Shown here: positions 19,079 through 28,031 of the stretch, one piece after another
Layout of the letters: each line of letters begins with the position of its first letter
Position numbering within the stretch: position 1 is the stretch's first letter
Assembly (NCBI GenBank): GCA_964588985.1
Contig: CAZPQW010000001.1
Location: 96,001-160,000 of the forward strand
Source of the DNA: an uncultured Solirubrobacteraceae bacterium
Lineage (GTDB): Bacteria > Actinomycetota > Thermoleophilia > Solirubrobacterales > Solirubrobacteraceae
Length of the DNA: 64,000 nt
Direction: 5' to 3'
Made by a program: the position numbers and the translations under genes
Notes under the pieces: generated by a model
Seen by the model: the letters and a program-made list of their open reading frames with translations, nothing else
Database searches by the model: none
Told to the model about the DNA's origin: nothing

Positions 19079-20158
19079 ATGAGACTTGTTCACTACCTGA
19101 GCGTTTTCATCCCCGTTGCGCTGGCTCTTGACATCGCCGGCGCCTCTCCGGTGCTCGTGTTCGCCACCTCGGCTCTCGGGGTCGTGCCGACGGCCGCCAT
19201 GATGAGCGAGGCGACCGAGCAGCTCGCCGCGCGCTCGGGGCCGGGTATCGGCGGGCTGGTGAATGTCACGTTCGGCAACGCCCCGGAGCTGATCATCGCG
19301 ATCTTCGCTCTTGCGAACGGGCTGCAGGAGGTCGTCAAGGCATCGCTCGTCGGATCGATCGTCGGCAACTCCCTGCTCGTGCTGGGCGCCGCGATGCTGG
19401 CCGGCGGCTGGAAGCGCACGCGACAGACCTTCGATCGCACCGCGGCGCAGACGCAGACGGGGATGCTGCTGCTCACGGTGGTCGCGCTCGTGCTGCCCTC
19501 GGTCCTCGAGCTCGCCCACCACGCGAGCCTCCCGCGCGTAGCCGAAGTGCGCCACGTGTTCGCGCATGATGTCGAGCAGGTCTCGGTGGTGGTCGCTGTC
19601 GTGTTGGTCGCGACCTACGCCGCCGGGCTGTTCTTCTCGCTCAGGACCCATCGCGACCTGTTCAACCCAGAGGGCGAGTTGGAGGACTCCTCGAGCCTGT
19701 GGTCGATACGCCGATCCATCGGAACGCTCGCCGTAGCCGGGGCGCTCGTTGCGCTGATGAGCGACATCCTCGTCGGCTCGATCGAGCACGCCTCCAACGA
19801 CATCGGGCTCTCGCAGTTCTTCGTCGGCGCGTTCGTCGTCGCGATCGTCGGAAACGCCGCCGAGCACTACGTCGCCGTGGTCGCCGCGGCGAAGAACAAA
19901 ATGAACCTCGCCGTCAACATCGCGATCGGCTCCGCAGCGCAGATCGGGCTGTTCGTCGCGCCCGTACTCGTGCTGCTCTCCTTCGCGGTCGGCCCATCAC
20001 CGATGGCGATGGTCTTCAACGCATATGAGATCGCGGCGCTTCTGGCGGCCGGGTTGGTCGCGACGGCGCTGGTATCCGACGGCGAGTCAACATGGTTCGA
20101 GGGCATCCAGCTGCTCGCCCTCTACGCCGTGATCGGCGCCATCTTCTACGCAGCGTGA
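19079..20158 (+). CDS. chaA: Ca2+/H+ antiporter (ChaA/CAX)
   Basis: TFGNAPEL and GNAAEH alpha repeats. Confidence 0.9.
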   Translation: MRLVHYLSVFIPVALALDIAGASPVLVFATSALGVVPTAAMMSEATEQLAARSGPGIGGLVNVTFGNAPELIIAIFALANGLQEVVKASLVGSIVGNSLLVLGAAMLAGGWKRTRQTFDRTAAQTQTGMLLLTVVALVLPSVLELAHHASLPRVAEVRHVFAHDVEQVSVVVAVVLVATYAAGLFFSLRTHRDLFNPEGELEDSSSLWSIRRSIGTLAVAGALVALMSDILVGSIEHASNDIGLSQFFVGAFVVAIVGNAAEHYVAVVAAAKNKMNLAVNIAIGSAAQIGLFVAPVLVLLSFAVGPSPMAMVFNAYEIAALLAAGLVATALVSDGESTWFEGIQLLALYAVIGAIFYAA

Positions 20159-20194
20159 CGGCAAAATGGGCGCGGCGGGTGCGGCTACGCTGAG

Positions 20195-21106
20195 CTAGAC
20201 CCAGCTCAGCGTGTCCTGATCCCAGTACGACAGGCAGCCGCCGTCGTCGGCCAGAAGCGGGTCGACGAACTCGATGACGCTGGCGATGAGCTCGGTCCAG
20301 TGTTCCGGTGGAGATGAGAGGTACGCCATTCGCTGGACCATTGCGGCATAGGGTTGCTGGCGGTCTGGCATGTTGGCTAGTGCTTCTGCCATCGGGATCA
20401 CGGCCTGTCGGCGGTGTTCAGCGACCCCCCGGATGTGCCGGCGGAGCTCAGTGGCGTCGAGGCGATGGCGGCGGCTGGTGACCCAGAGGTCGGCGAAGTC
20501 GCGATCGCGGGTGCTGGTCTCGCGACGTTGCATCGCGGTGACGATCTTCTCGGCGAGGTTCAGCGCGAGCGGGTAAGCCTGGAGTCGAACAGACGGGCGA
20601 TCGAGGACCGATTCGAGTTGTAGGACGGTCAACGGCCTGGGTCGCCGAAGGAGAAGTCCAGAGCGAATGGGATCTTCGCATTGCCGAGTGTGGCAACCAG
20701 CTTGCAGCGAACGCCTTGGTAGTCGTCGTCTTCGCGCATGACCTCGGTCCTGATGCTCGCCAGGTCGAACTCGACGCCGTCGGGAGGATCTGGAGCGAGG
20801 GTGGAAATACGCGCGACAGCGTCTCGGATGGTCTCCTGATCATTGGCCACGCCGTGCGTATATATCGTGCGTATATAGGTCGGCGTCTTTGGTCATGCGT
20901 CGGATGTTGTTGGCCGCCATCAGCATGCCGCCCTTGAGGACCATGCGGTCGGCGAAGTCGGATTGAGCTAGCCGTCGCAGGAACGACTCGACGGCGTAGA
21001 CAACGAGCAACCCTTGCGTGTTGCCACCGTGCTCGGCACGGGCCTTGGCCTGGAGTGCCTTGAACGCGTTACTGGCGGCCTGGTCGACGGCTGTCTGGGC
21101 GGTCAA
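20195..21106 (-). pseudogene. abiEii: AbiEii-family nucleotidyltransferase toxin split by two frameshifts
   Basis: Three consecutive ORF pieces: LKGGMLM..RRMTKDADL / YQGVR..LDFSFGDP / AEKI..TSTRDRDFAD. Confidence 0.85.
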
Positions 21107-21717
21107 CTGAGCAGTGCCTCCAGCACTGGCTGTAGCCGGGCGCTGCCACCAAGCTCTCTCGCCAGCTCAGCGAGGCGTGCAGGGCTAGCGCCTTTCCGCG
21201 CCATATAGCGGCGGAGCGCGTGCAGAGCAACGTCACGGCCGACCCAGCGAGACATGCGCATCGCGTCGACGATCGACCGCTCGGGCGAGTAGACCCAGAA
21301 GGGCTCGTCGGCGTCCGTGCGGGCCAGTTGGCGCTCGAGCTCGAAGGTGTCGGCGTCGAAGACGTGCACCCGGGTCGCGGGTTGGTCGATGCGCGGACGG
21401 TGCGCACCACGGGGGACGGCGAGGTGGACCTGCTGAGGGATCTCGTCAGTCAGATCCCAGAAGGCCAGTGCCGAGTTGAGGCAGATGGTGCCGCTCGGAA
21501 CCCGAGCCGAGACAACCGCCAGCCCGGACAGCATTCCCATACCGGCATCAGGCAGCTGCATGACGCCCCGGCCGACCGCGGAGAGCCTGCCGGCCTCGCG
21601 TAGTCGGTAGATCGTCGTACGGCTCACGCCGGCCTCCAGGGCTTCGGACACACGGAACGGCCGCTCGCCGAAGCGACCGCGCAACACTTCGATACTCGGC
21701 CGGGAACCAGATGGCAT
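21103..21717 (-). CDS. abiEi: Type IV TA antitoxin, AbiEi family
   Basis: N-terminal wHTH, CLNSALAFWDLTDEIP, YSPERSIVD; 4-nt overlap with toxin start. Confidence 0.88.
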   Translation of the reverse strand: MPSGSRPSIEVLRGRFGERPFRVSEALEAGVSRTTIYRLREAGRLSAVGRGVMQLPDAGMGMLSGLAVVSARVPSGTICLNSALAFWDLTDEIPQQVHLAVPRGAHRPRIDQPATRVHVFDADTFELERQLARTDADEPFWVYSPERSIVDAMRMSRWVGRDVALHALRRYMARKGASPARLAELARELGGSARLQPVLEALLS

Positions 21718-21720
21718 GGG

Positions 21721-21761
21721 ACAAATCCTACACATAGATACAGATGATGTGGAGGTTTTGT
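21721..21761. promoter_or_regulatory. Inverted repeat over the abiE promoter (probable AbiEi operator)
   Basis: ACAAATCCTACACAT-N11-ATGTGGAGGTTTTGT, overlapping a TAGGAT -10 on the minus strand. Confidence 0.6.
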
Positions 21762-21885
21762 TCCACATGCCCCGAAAACACGCCGAGAATTCCAGCGTCG
21801 CGTGAATTGGCTGAGCTGGACAAACGGACCTTTGGCCGAAGCTCTCGGCCGTCCGCCGAGTCAATGCCGATTTGCAGGCACTTTA

Positions 21886-21957
21886 TGGGCGCGGCGGGTT
21901 TCGAACCTGCGACCTCTCGCGTGTGAAGCGAGCGCTCTCCCACTGAGCTACGCGCCC
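21886..21957 (-). tRNA. tRNA-Val(CAC)
   Basis: GGGCGCG/CGCGCCC acceptor, GCTC/GAGC D stem, CTCGC-TTCACAC-GCGAG anticodon arm, GGTTCGAAA T loop; CCA not encoded. Confidence 0.96.
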
Positions 21958-22010
21958 TGGACGTCAGAGTCTATTGGCTTCGATCGGCACCGGCCGATCG
22001 GCACGACTCG

Positions 22011-22688
22011 TCAGGATCCGACCCGAACCCCCGTGTGGGGGTGCAGCCGGTCGCTCGGCTCGGAGTAGGTCTGCGCGAGCGCGTCCACTTCCTGCTGGGT
22101 GAGCGACGCGCCGAACGCCGCAGGGCCGCCGAGCTTGTTGTAGGCGGCGAGAAGCTGCTTGCCGATCTGCGCGAGGCCGAAGTGGGCGTCGTAGACGGTC
22201 GTGATGTAAAGGTTGACGTTCGCTCGGGCGAAGCGCGCGGCGGTCGGCGGTCCGTGTTCGATCTGGTCGATCGCCGCGCCGATCATCCGCCAGCCGCTGT
22301 TCGCGAGGACGATGAAGTTGCGAACCTCGGCGGCGAGCCCTGCTGCGGGTCCGGCGATGGCGGTGGCCGCGGGTTCTTCGAGCAGCGTCGGCGTGCGCAG
22401 CCTCGCCGCGCTCGCGGCAGCAGCTTCGATCGGCGGTCGCGGGATCGTGCTCGGGTCCGCCGGCAGCCCGTTGACGACAAGCGGCCATGCAGCTTTCGTG
22501 GCGGCGACCTCGGCGCGGATCGGGGCTGCCGTCTTGCTCAGCGCATGCGCGACCGCCGCGAGATCTTCGCGCTCGAGTCCCTGCATCGCCTGGTGGGCTT
22601 TCGTCTTTCCGCCACCACCACAGCCGCCGAGCGCGATGGTCGCAAGGCCCAGGACGAGCAACGCCGCGCGGTATACCGCGCGGCGCAT
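22011..22688 (-). CDS. Hypothetical lipoprotein
   Basis: Signal peptide with lipobox ALGG-C. Confidence 0.7.
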   Translation of the reverse strand: MRRAVYRAALLVLGLATIALGGCGGGGKTKAHQAMQGLEREDLAAVAHALSKTAAPIRAEVAATKAAWPLVVNGLPADPSTIPRPPIEAAAASAARLRTPTLLEEPAATAIAGPAAGLAAEVRNFIVLANSGWRMIGAAIDQIEHGPPTAARFARANVNLYITTVYDAHFGLAQIGKQLLAAYNKLGGPAAFGASLTQQEVDALAQTYSEPSDRLHPHTGVRVGS

Positions 22689-22730
22689 TGTGCTCCTACA
22701 GCTCTTGTGGTGCTTGGGCGTGGCCGCGGC

Positions 22731-23330
22731 CTACGTGCCGAGCAGGTCCACCACGAACACGAGCGGCGCGTTCGCCGGGATCGTGGGAGGCGAGCCTTTG
22801 ACCCCGTAGGCGAGTGCGGACGGGATGATCAGCTCGCGCCGTCCGCCCACCTTCATGCCCGCGACGCCCTGGTCCCAGCCGGGGATGACCTGGCCCTTGC
22901 CGAGCGCGAAGCTGAACGGTTCGCTGCGCTTCCAAGAGGCGTCGAACTCCTTGCCGCCTTTGTAGAGCACGCCGACGTAGTTGACGGTCACCGTCTGGCC
23001 CGCCTTGGCTTCGGCTCCGGTGCCCACGATCAGGTCTTTGGTCACCAGCTTGGTCGGCGCCGGTCCCGTCGGCACCGTCACCTTCGGTTCTTTGGACAGC
23101 GGGCCGCTCGTCGGCGTCTTCGCGGTCGCCGTCTTCGGCGTTTCGCTCGATTTCGCGTTGGCGCCTTCGGTGGACTTGATCAGCGCGTTGTCCGCGCTGT
23201 TCTCGTTGCCGACTGTGATCGTGCTCGAGCCGCCGGAGCTGCCGCAGCCGGCCAGCAGGGCCGTCGTGCCGAAGGTCGCGAGCACGAGGCCGGCGCGGGA
23301 GTGGAGGGAAAAGCCGTTGAAGTAGGTCAC
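22731..23330 (-). CDS. FKBP-type peptidyl-prolyl isomerase (lipoprotein)
   Basis: LAG-C lipobox; VNYVG, FDASW, VIPGWDQG, MKVGGRR, LAYG. Confidence 0.93.
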   Translation of the reverse strand: MTYFNGFSLHSRAGLVLATFGTTALLAGCGSSGGSSTITVGNENSADNALIKSTEGANAKSSETPKTATAKTPTSGPLSKEPKVTVPTGPAPTKLVTKDLIVGTGAEAKAGQTVTVNYVGVLYKGGKEFDASWKRSEPFSFALGKGQVIPGWDQGVAGMKVGGRRELIIPSALAYGVKGSPPTIPANAPLVFVVDLLGT

Positions 23331-23351
23331 GGTCGCGCAGCCTACCGGAAC

Positions 23352-23378
23352 TTGACGGAGCGGTGGGTACGTTACGAT
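23352..23378 (+). promoter_or_regulatory. Housekeeping promoter for SRP RNA
   Basis: TTGACG-N15-TACGAT, 7 nt before the RNA 5' end (spacer is short). Confidence 0.5.
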
Positions 23379-23385
23379 CGGCGGC

Positions 23386-23658
23386 GGACCGTGCTAGGCG
23401 GGGAGGTAGCGGTGCCCTGAATCCGCAATCCGCTCTAGCGGGGCTGAATTCCCCTTCGAGGGGCTTTGGCTCCGGTCGCTCCGTCGCTCGGGGCGTCGAT
23501 GGTTCGGGTCCCGCGCGGTGTCGGCTTGCGAACCAGGTCAGGTCCGGAAGGAAGCAGCCTTAAGCGATCACCGACAGGCGCAGCGGGAGCTCCCGGACCG
23601 GAGTCGTGGGCGGCGATCGGCGCCGGGGCCAGGAGTCTCGACAAGGGGTGCACGGTCC
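23386..23658 (+). ncRNA. ffs: Signal recognition particle RNA, large (Alu-domain) type
   Basis: S-domain TCAGGTCCGGAAGGAAGCAGC; 5' GTGCTAGGCGGGGAGGTAGCGGTGCCCTG as in Bacillus scRNA; perfect 9-bp terminal helix GGACCGTGC/GCACGGTCC. Confidence 0.93.
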
Positions 23659-23679
23659 ATCAGCAGCCGCATGCCGCGG

Positions 23680-25170
23680 CTACGTACAGCGCTGGAAGAT
23701 CAGCCAGGAGCGGTTGGCGCCCTTCTCGGTGAAGCCGGGAGGAACGCTGACCGCCTGATGGGGGTCACGCGGGTCGAGCACGTAGTCGTCTTCGACCTCA
23801 TTGCTCGCCGGGTCGACGTAGATGCCGGTTGCGATGTGCCCCGTCTGCAGGCTCACGACACTGCGAGGGCTCGTCTTCAGATAGAGCGCCAGCAGTGGGA
23901 CGGGCGCGTGGTTGGGAACACCCACGGGCCCGCAGCGCAGGTCGATCGCGTGGTTGCGCACCAGCGCCACGAGGTCGCCTTCGATGCTCTGCTGGCGCGC
24001 CAGTTCGCCGAATTGGCGATCGGCGCTGCGGTACTGCGAGGGGGTGTACGCGATCAGCGCGAGCAGCACGATCGCGCCCTCCGCCATCCACCAGGGGCGC
24101 CGGGAGTCGCCCCGTGGCAGGCGTGTCCACCCGAACGCCCCCGCGCCGCAGAACACGCACAGGATGGCCGCCGCGAGAAACGCGTAGCGCGTGTTGATCG
24201 GCAGCCCCACGGTGGCGAACGCCGCGAACACCAGCACCGCGAGCAGGCCCGCCGCGGCCCCCAGGAGGGCACGGCTGCGCAGCCAGAGCAGGGAGAGAGC
24301 GCCGCCGATCGCCGCCCCGACGAGCACCGGTGGTCTGAGGATCTCGCCGATCCGCCTCGGGATGTACTCCGGCACGTTCGCGATCCCGGTGTAGCGGTGC
24401 AGCGTTTCGACGGTGTGCTGGGTGTTCGTCAGCGACCAGAAGGGGTGGCCCGTGATGGCGAGGTCGCTGAGGATCCACACGAGCGGTGCGGCCAGCGCAA
24501 GCAGTGTGAGCCTCGAACGAGCGACCTCTCGCGTGTGAAGCGAGCGCTCTCTCGCAGAGCTACGCGACCACCTCGGCACAAGGTCCATCAGATACAGCCA
24601 GTACAGCCCGGAGAATGCCCACGCCTCCGGGCGCAGCAGTCCGGCGAGCGCGAGCAGCGCGAGCACCGGCAGGCCGGACCCAGCCCTCCGGGCCGTGTGC
24701 CCGCGCCGGCGGGTCTCGACCAGCAGCGCGCCGAGCACCATCAGTAGGTAGGGGATGTCCACGTAGGCGCGCACGCCGTAGGAGAGCACCGGCACGCGCG
24801 TGAGGAAGATCAACGCGGCGAGCGCGCCGGCGGCTCGCCCGAACCACTCCGCGCCGAGCCGGTAGATCACCCAGCCGCACGCGGACAGCGCGAGGAAGCC
24901 GAGCGCGATCGTGACGTCGGCCACGGCGTGCGGCCCGAGCGGGGACAGCACGACCCCCAGCAGCTCCACCAGCGGGTGAGGGGTGGGGGCGATCGGCACG
25001 TCATAGGCGGGCACGGATCCGCGCGAGAGCTGCCCGCCCCACGCGAGCGCGTAGAGGGTGTCGTAGTTGACGAAGCCGACCCCCGAGATCACGCGCAGCA
25101 GCACCGCGCCCGCGGCGATCGTCAGCGGAGTGCCGAGAGTCCGCGCAAGTGCCTTCGTCGAGGTGCTCAT
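23680..25170 (-). CDS. Polytopic membrane protein, GT-C/PMT-like glycosyltransferase
   Basis: NYDTLYAL.WG loop after TM1, PHPL, LLRPEAW, RY motif, many TM helices. Confidence 0.65.
   Translation of the reverse strand: MSTSTKALARTLGTPLTIAAGAVLLRVISGVGFVNYDTLYALAWGGQLSRGSVPAYDVPIAPTPHPLVELLGVVLSPLGPHAVADVTIALGFLALSACGWVIYRLGAEWFGRAAGALAALIFLTRVPVLSYGVRAYVDIPYLLMVLGALLVETRRRGHTARRAGSGLPVLALLALAGLLRPEAWAFSGLYWLYLMDLVPRWSRSSARERSLHTREVARSRLTLLALAAPLVWILSDLAITGHPFWSLTNTQHTVETLHRYTGIANVPEYIPRRIGEILRPPVLVGAAIGGALSLLWLRSRALLGAAAGLLAVLVFAAFATVGLPINTRYAFLAAAILCVFCGAGAFGWTRLPRGDSRRPWWMAEGAIVLLALIAYTPSQYRSADRQFGELARQQSIEGDLVALVRNHAIDLRCGPVGVPNHAPVPLLALYLKTSPRSVVSLQTGHIATGIYVDPASNEVEDDYVLDPRDPHQAVSVPPGFTEKGANRSWLIFQRCT
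24513..24569 (-). repeat. Degenerate copy of tRNA-Val nt 1-57 embedded in-frame in a CDS
   Basis: 51/57 identity to 21901-21957 by manual alignment; 31-nt exact core 24521-24551. Confidence 0.9.
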
Positions 25171-25240
25171 CAGCGCGGACGCTATCCGCTCGCATCGGTT
25201 CCCGAGCCCGCTCACGCGCGCGGGTAGACTCAGGCGAACG

Positions 25241-27046
25241 GTGTCGACGCAGGAGCAGCCACAGGAGCAGCAGCGGTCGCTGTACCGCAGGCACCGCCCC
25301 CGCACGTTCGCCGAGGTGGTCGGCCAGGAGCCGGTCGTGAGGACGCTGCGCAACGCGGTCGAGCGCGGCAAGGTCCACCACGCGTACCTGTTCGTGGGCT
25401 CGCGCGGCACCGGCAAGACCTCGATGGCGAAGATCCTCGCGGCGTGCCTCAACTGCGAGAACGGCCCCACGATCGAGCCCTGCGGAGTGTGCGACTCGTG
25501 CGTGTCGATCGCCCGCGCCACCTCGCTGGACGTGATCGAGATGGACGCCGCGTCGAACAACTCCGTCGACGACATCCGCGAGCTGCGCGAGAGCGTCGCG
25601 TACGCCCCGGTGAGCGGGCGGCGCAAGGTGTACATCCTCGACGAGGCGCACATGCTCTCCACCGCCGCCTGGAACGCTTTCCTGAAGACGCTCGAGGAGC
25701 CGCCGCCGAACACGGTGTTCGTGCTCGCGACGACCGAGGCGAACAAGGTCCCCGCCACGGTGGTCGATCGCTGCCACCGCTTCGACTTCCACCGGCCGAC
25801 CGTGGAGCAGATCGCGAGTGTCGTGCGCAGGGCGGCCGCCGCCGAGTCGATCGAGATTCCCCCGCCGGCGGTGGCGGCGCTCGCGCGCTCGGCCACCGGC
25901 AGCTTCCGCGACGCGCTCGGCACGCTCGAGCAGCTGGTCACCTACAGCGGCAGCGACGTAGCGCTCGAGGACGTGCTCGCGGTGCTCGGCGTGGCTGACA
26001 CACGGCTTCTGGAAGCGACCGTGGACGCGGCCGCCCAGAGTGACGCGGCGGGTGCGCTGCGGTCGCTGGAGGAGTGCGTCGAGCAGGGGCGCGACGCCGC
26101 CTCGTTTGCGTCGGATCTGGAGGTGCGCGCCCGCGAGCTGCTGATCGTGCAGACGCTCGGCGAGGTGCCCGACGAGCTGTCGCTCACGCCTGAGGCGGAC
26201 GAGGCGCTGGGGGCGCAGGCCGCGCGCGTGGATCACGCAGCGGTGGTGCGCCTGCTGGAACTGCTCGGCGAGGCGATGGAGGCTGTGCGCGCCGGAGCGG
26301 ACGCCCGCACGCGCCTGGAGCTCGCGTTGGTGAAGGCCGCCAAGCCAGAGGTCGACGGCTCGATGCGCGCGCTGCTCGCGAGGATCGAGCGGCTCGAGCA
26401 GGGCGGCGCCGTCGCGGTCCAGGCGCAAGCGCCCGCTCCCCGCGTTTCCGCTCCCCAAGCTGCTTCCGCGCCTGTGGCTGCTTCCGCGGCTGAGGCTGCT
26501 TCCGCGCCTGAGCCAGCTCCCGCCCCAGCCGTCGCTGCCGATCCGCCGCCGCAGGCCCAGGCGGATCTCGCGCCCACCCCTCCAGAGGACCCGCCCGCGC
26601 CCCCCTCTAGCGCAGACGCACCTGTCGAGCGGGATCTGGAGGCGGTGTCTTCGATCTGGCCCGCTGTGGTCGATCTGGTGCGCTCTGAGAACGGGCTCAT
26701 CGGGGCGTTGATCGCCGAAGCGCAGCCGGTGGCCGTCGATGGCGAGGAGCTCACGCTCGCGTTCGCCTCGACCGCGCAGTTCCTGAAGAAGAAGGCCGAA
26801 GACCCGGCGAACCGCGCGACGGTGGGCGAGGCCCTGCGCACCATCGCCGGCGGGCGCTGGCGACTCTCCTACGAGCTGCGCGAGCAGCTGGCCGCCGAGG
26901 ATCGCCCGGGCGCGGTCGAGCACTCCGAGGAGGAGTGGATCCGACGCTTCATGGAGGAGTTCGACGCGGAGGAGATCGGCGGCGAGTCCGCTCAGGACGG
27001 CGAGCGCGACGTCGAGGTGGCCACCAGCAACGAGAAAGGCGCGTGA
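25241..27046 (+). CDS. dnaX: DNA polymerase III gamma/tau
   Basis: LYRRHRPRTFAEVVGQ, GSRGTGKTS, PCGVCDSC, DEAHML, LKTLEEPP. Confidence 0.97.
   Translation: MSTQEQPQEQQRSLYRRHRPRTFAEVVGQEPVVRTLRNAVERGKVHHAYLFVGSRGTGKTSMAKILAACLNCENGPTIEPCGVCDSCVSIARATSLDVIEMDAASNNSVDDIRELRESVAYAPVSGRRKVYILDEAHMLSTAAWNAFLKTLEEPPPNTVFVLATTEANKVPATVVDRCHRFDFHRPTVEQIASVVRRAAAAESIEIPPPAVAALARSATGSFRDALGTLEQLVTYSGSDVALEDVLAVLGVADTRLLEATVDAAAQSDAAGALRSLEECVEQGRDAASFASDLEVRARELLIVQTLGEVPDELSLTPEADEALGAQAARVDHAAVVRLLELLGEAMEAVRAGADARTRLELALVKAAKPEVDGSMRALLARIERLEQGGAVAVQAQAPAPRVSAPQAASAPVAASAAEAASAPEPAPAPAVAADPPPQAQADLAPTPPEDPPAPPSSADAPVERDLEAVSSIWPAVVDLVRSENGLIGALIAEAQPVAVDGEELTLAFASTAQFLKKKAEDPANRATVGEALRTIAGGRWRLSYELREQLAAEDRPGAVEHSEEEWIRRFMEEFDAEEIGGESAQDGERDVEVATSNEKGA
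26459..26512 (+). repeat. 3 x 18-bp in-frame tandem repeat in the DnaX Ala/Pro linker
   Basis: GCTGCTTCCGCG(C/G)CTG(T/A)G x3. Confidence 0.8.
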
Positions 27047-27396
27047 TGCCCAAGCAGCCGCGGATGCCGAACATGCAGGCGATGATGCAGCAGGTCCAGA
27101 AGATGCAGAAGGACATGGAGCTCGCCCAGCAGGAGCTCAAGAGCGAGGTCGTCGAGGCCTCCACGGGCGGCGGGATGGTCACCGTGAAGATCAGCGGCGA
27201 CCTGGAGGTCCGGGAGGTCAAGATCGACCCCTCGGCGGTAGACCCGGAGGACGTGGAGATTCTCTCCGACATGGTGCTCGCGGCTGTCAACGAGGCGCTG
27301 CGCATGGCGCAGGAGCTGGCCGAGCGCAAGATGGGCGGCGCGACCGCCGGCCTGGACCTGGGCGGCCTCGGCGGGCTGGGTCTCCCGGGGCTGTGA
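27046..27396 (+). CDS. ybaB: YbaB/EbfC nucleoid-associated protein
   Basis: MMQQVQKMQ..GGGMVTV..DPEDVEILSD..AVNEA; conserved dnaX-ybaB-recR order. Confidence 0.95.
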   Translation: MPKQPRMPNMQAMMQQVQKMQKDMELAQQELKSEVVEASTGGGMVTVKISGDLEVREVKIDPSAVDPEDVEILSDMVLAAVNEALRMAQELAERKMGGATAGLDLGGLGGLGLPGL

Positions 27397-28016
27397 GCGA
27401 CGCCACCTCCTACGCGCCGCCCGTCCAGCGGCTGGTGACCGAGCTGTCGAAGCTGCCCGGCATCGGCAACCGCACCGCGCAGCGTCTCGCGTTCCACATC
27501 CTGCGCGCCTCGGGCGAGGACGCGAACGCGCTCGCGGAGGCGATCCGCGAGGTGAAGGAGAAGATCGGGCTGTGCGAGGTGTGCTTCAACCTGACCGACG
27601 AGGCCCGCTGCCGTATATGCCAGGACCAGCGACGCGACGAGGCGCTGATCTGCGTGGTCGAGGAGCCGAGCGACGTGATCCCGATGGAGCGCACGCACGA
27701 GTACCACGGCGTCTACCACGTGCTCGGCGGTGCGCTCTCGCCGATCGACGGCATCGATCCCGAGGATCTGAAGATCGCTGAGCTGTTCGCGCGCGTGACC
27801 GGGCCGGGTCACGCCGCGGTGCGCGAAGTCGTGCTCGCCACCAACCCCACCACGACCGGCGAGGCCACCGCGCTGCACATCGCCGAGGAGCTGCGCACAC
27901 GCGCGCCGGAAGTCAAGGTGACGCGCCTAGCGAGCGGCCTTCCGGTGGGCTCGGATCTCGAGTACGCCGACGAGGTGACGCTCGGCAAGGCCTTCGCGGG
28001 GCGTCGCGCGGTCTGA
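27393..28016 (+). CDS. recR: Recombination protein RecR
   Basis: LPGIGNRTAQRLAFH, C4 zinc finger, Toprim, GLPVGSDLEYADE. Confidence 0.97.
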   Translation: MSDATSYAPPVQRLVTELSKLPGIGNRTAQRLAFHILRASGEDANALAEAIREVKEKIGLCEVCFNLTDEARCRICQDQRRDEALICVVEEPSDVIPMERTHEYHGVYHVLGGALSPIDGIDPEDLKIAELFARVTGPGHAAVREVVLATNPTTTGEATALHIAEELRTRAPEVKVTRLASGLPVGSDLEYADEVTLGKAFAGRRAV

Positions 28017-28031
28017 CATATCCTGCGACCC

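Larger units (their letters stand above)
20166..21899. mobile_element. tRNA-Val-anchored islet bounded by 15-bp direct repeats
   Basis: ATGGGCGCGGCGGGT at 20166-20180 and 21885-21899 (tRNA 3' end); lower GC; cargo abiEi/abiEii; no integrase. Confidence 0.75.

Noticed and set aside
21958-24512. Segment between tRNA-Val and its embedded copy as an integrated element
   Set aside because: It holds core genes (ffs, FKBP), has no integrase, and the host CDS reads through the copy intact
24513-24585. Second functional tRNA-Val
   Set aside because: The 3' T-stem and acceptor strands are missing, so no cloverleaf can form
25241-27046. Programmed frameshift in dnaX
   Set aside because: No A-run slippery site seen; the 18-bp repeat is in frame
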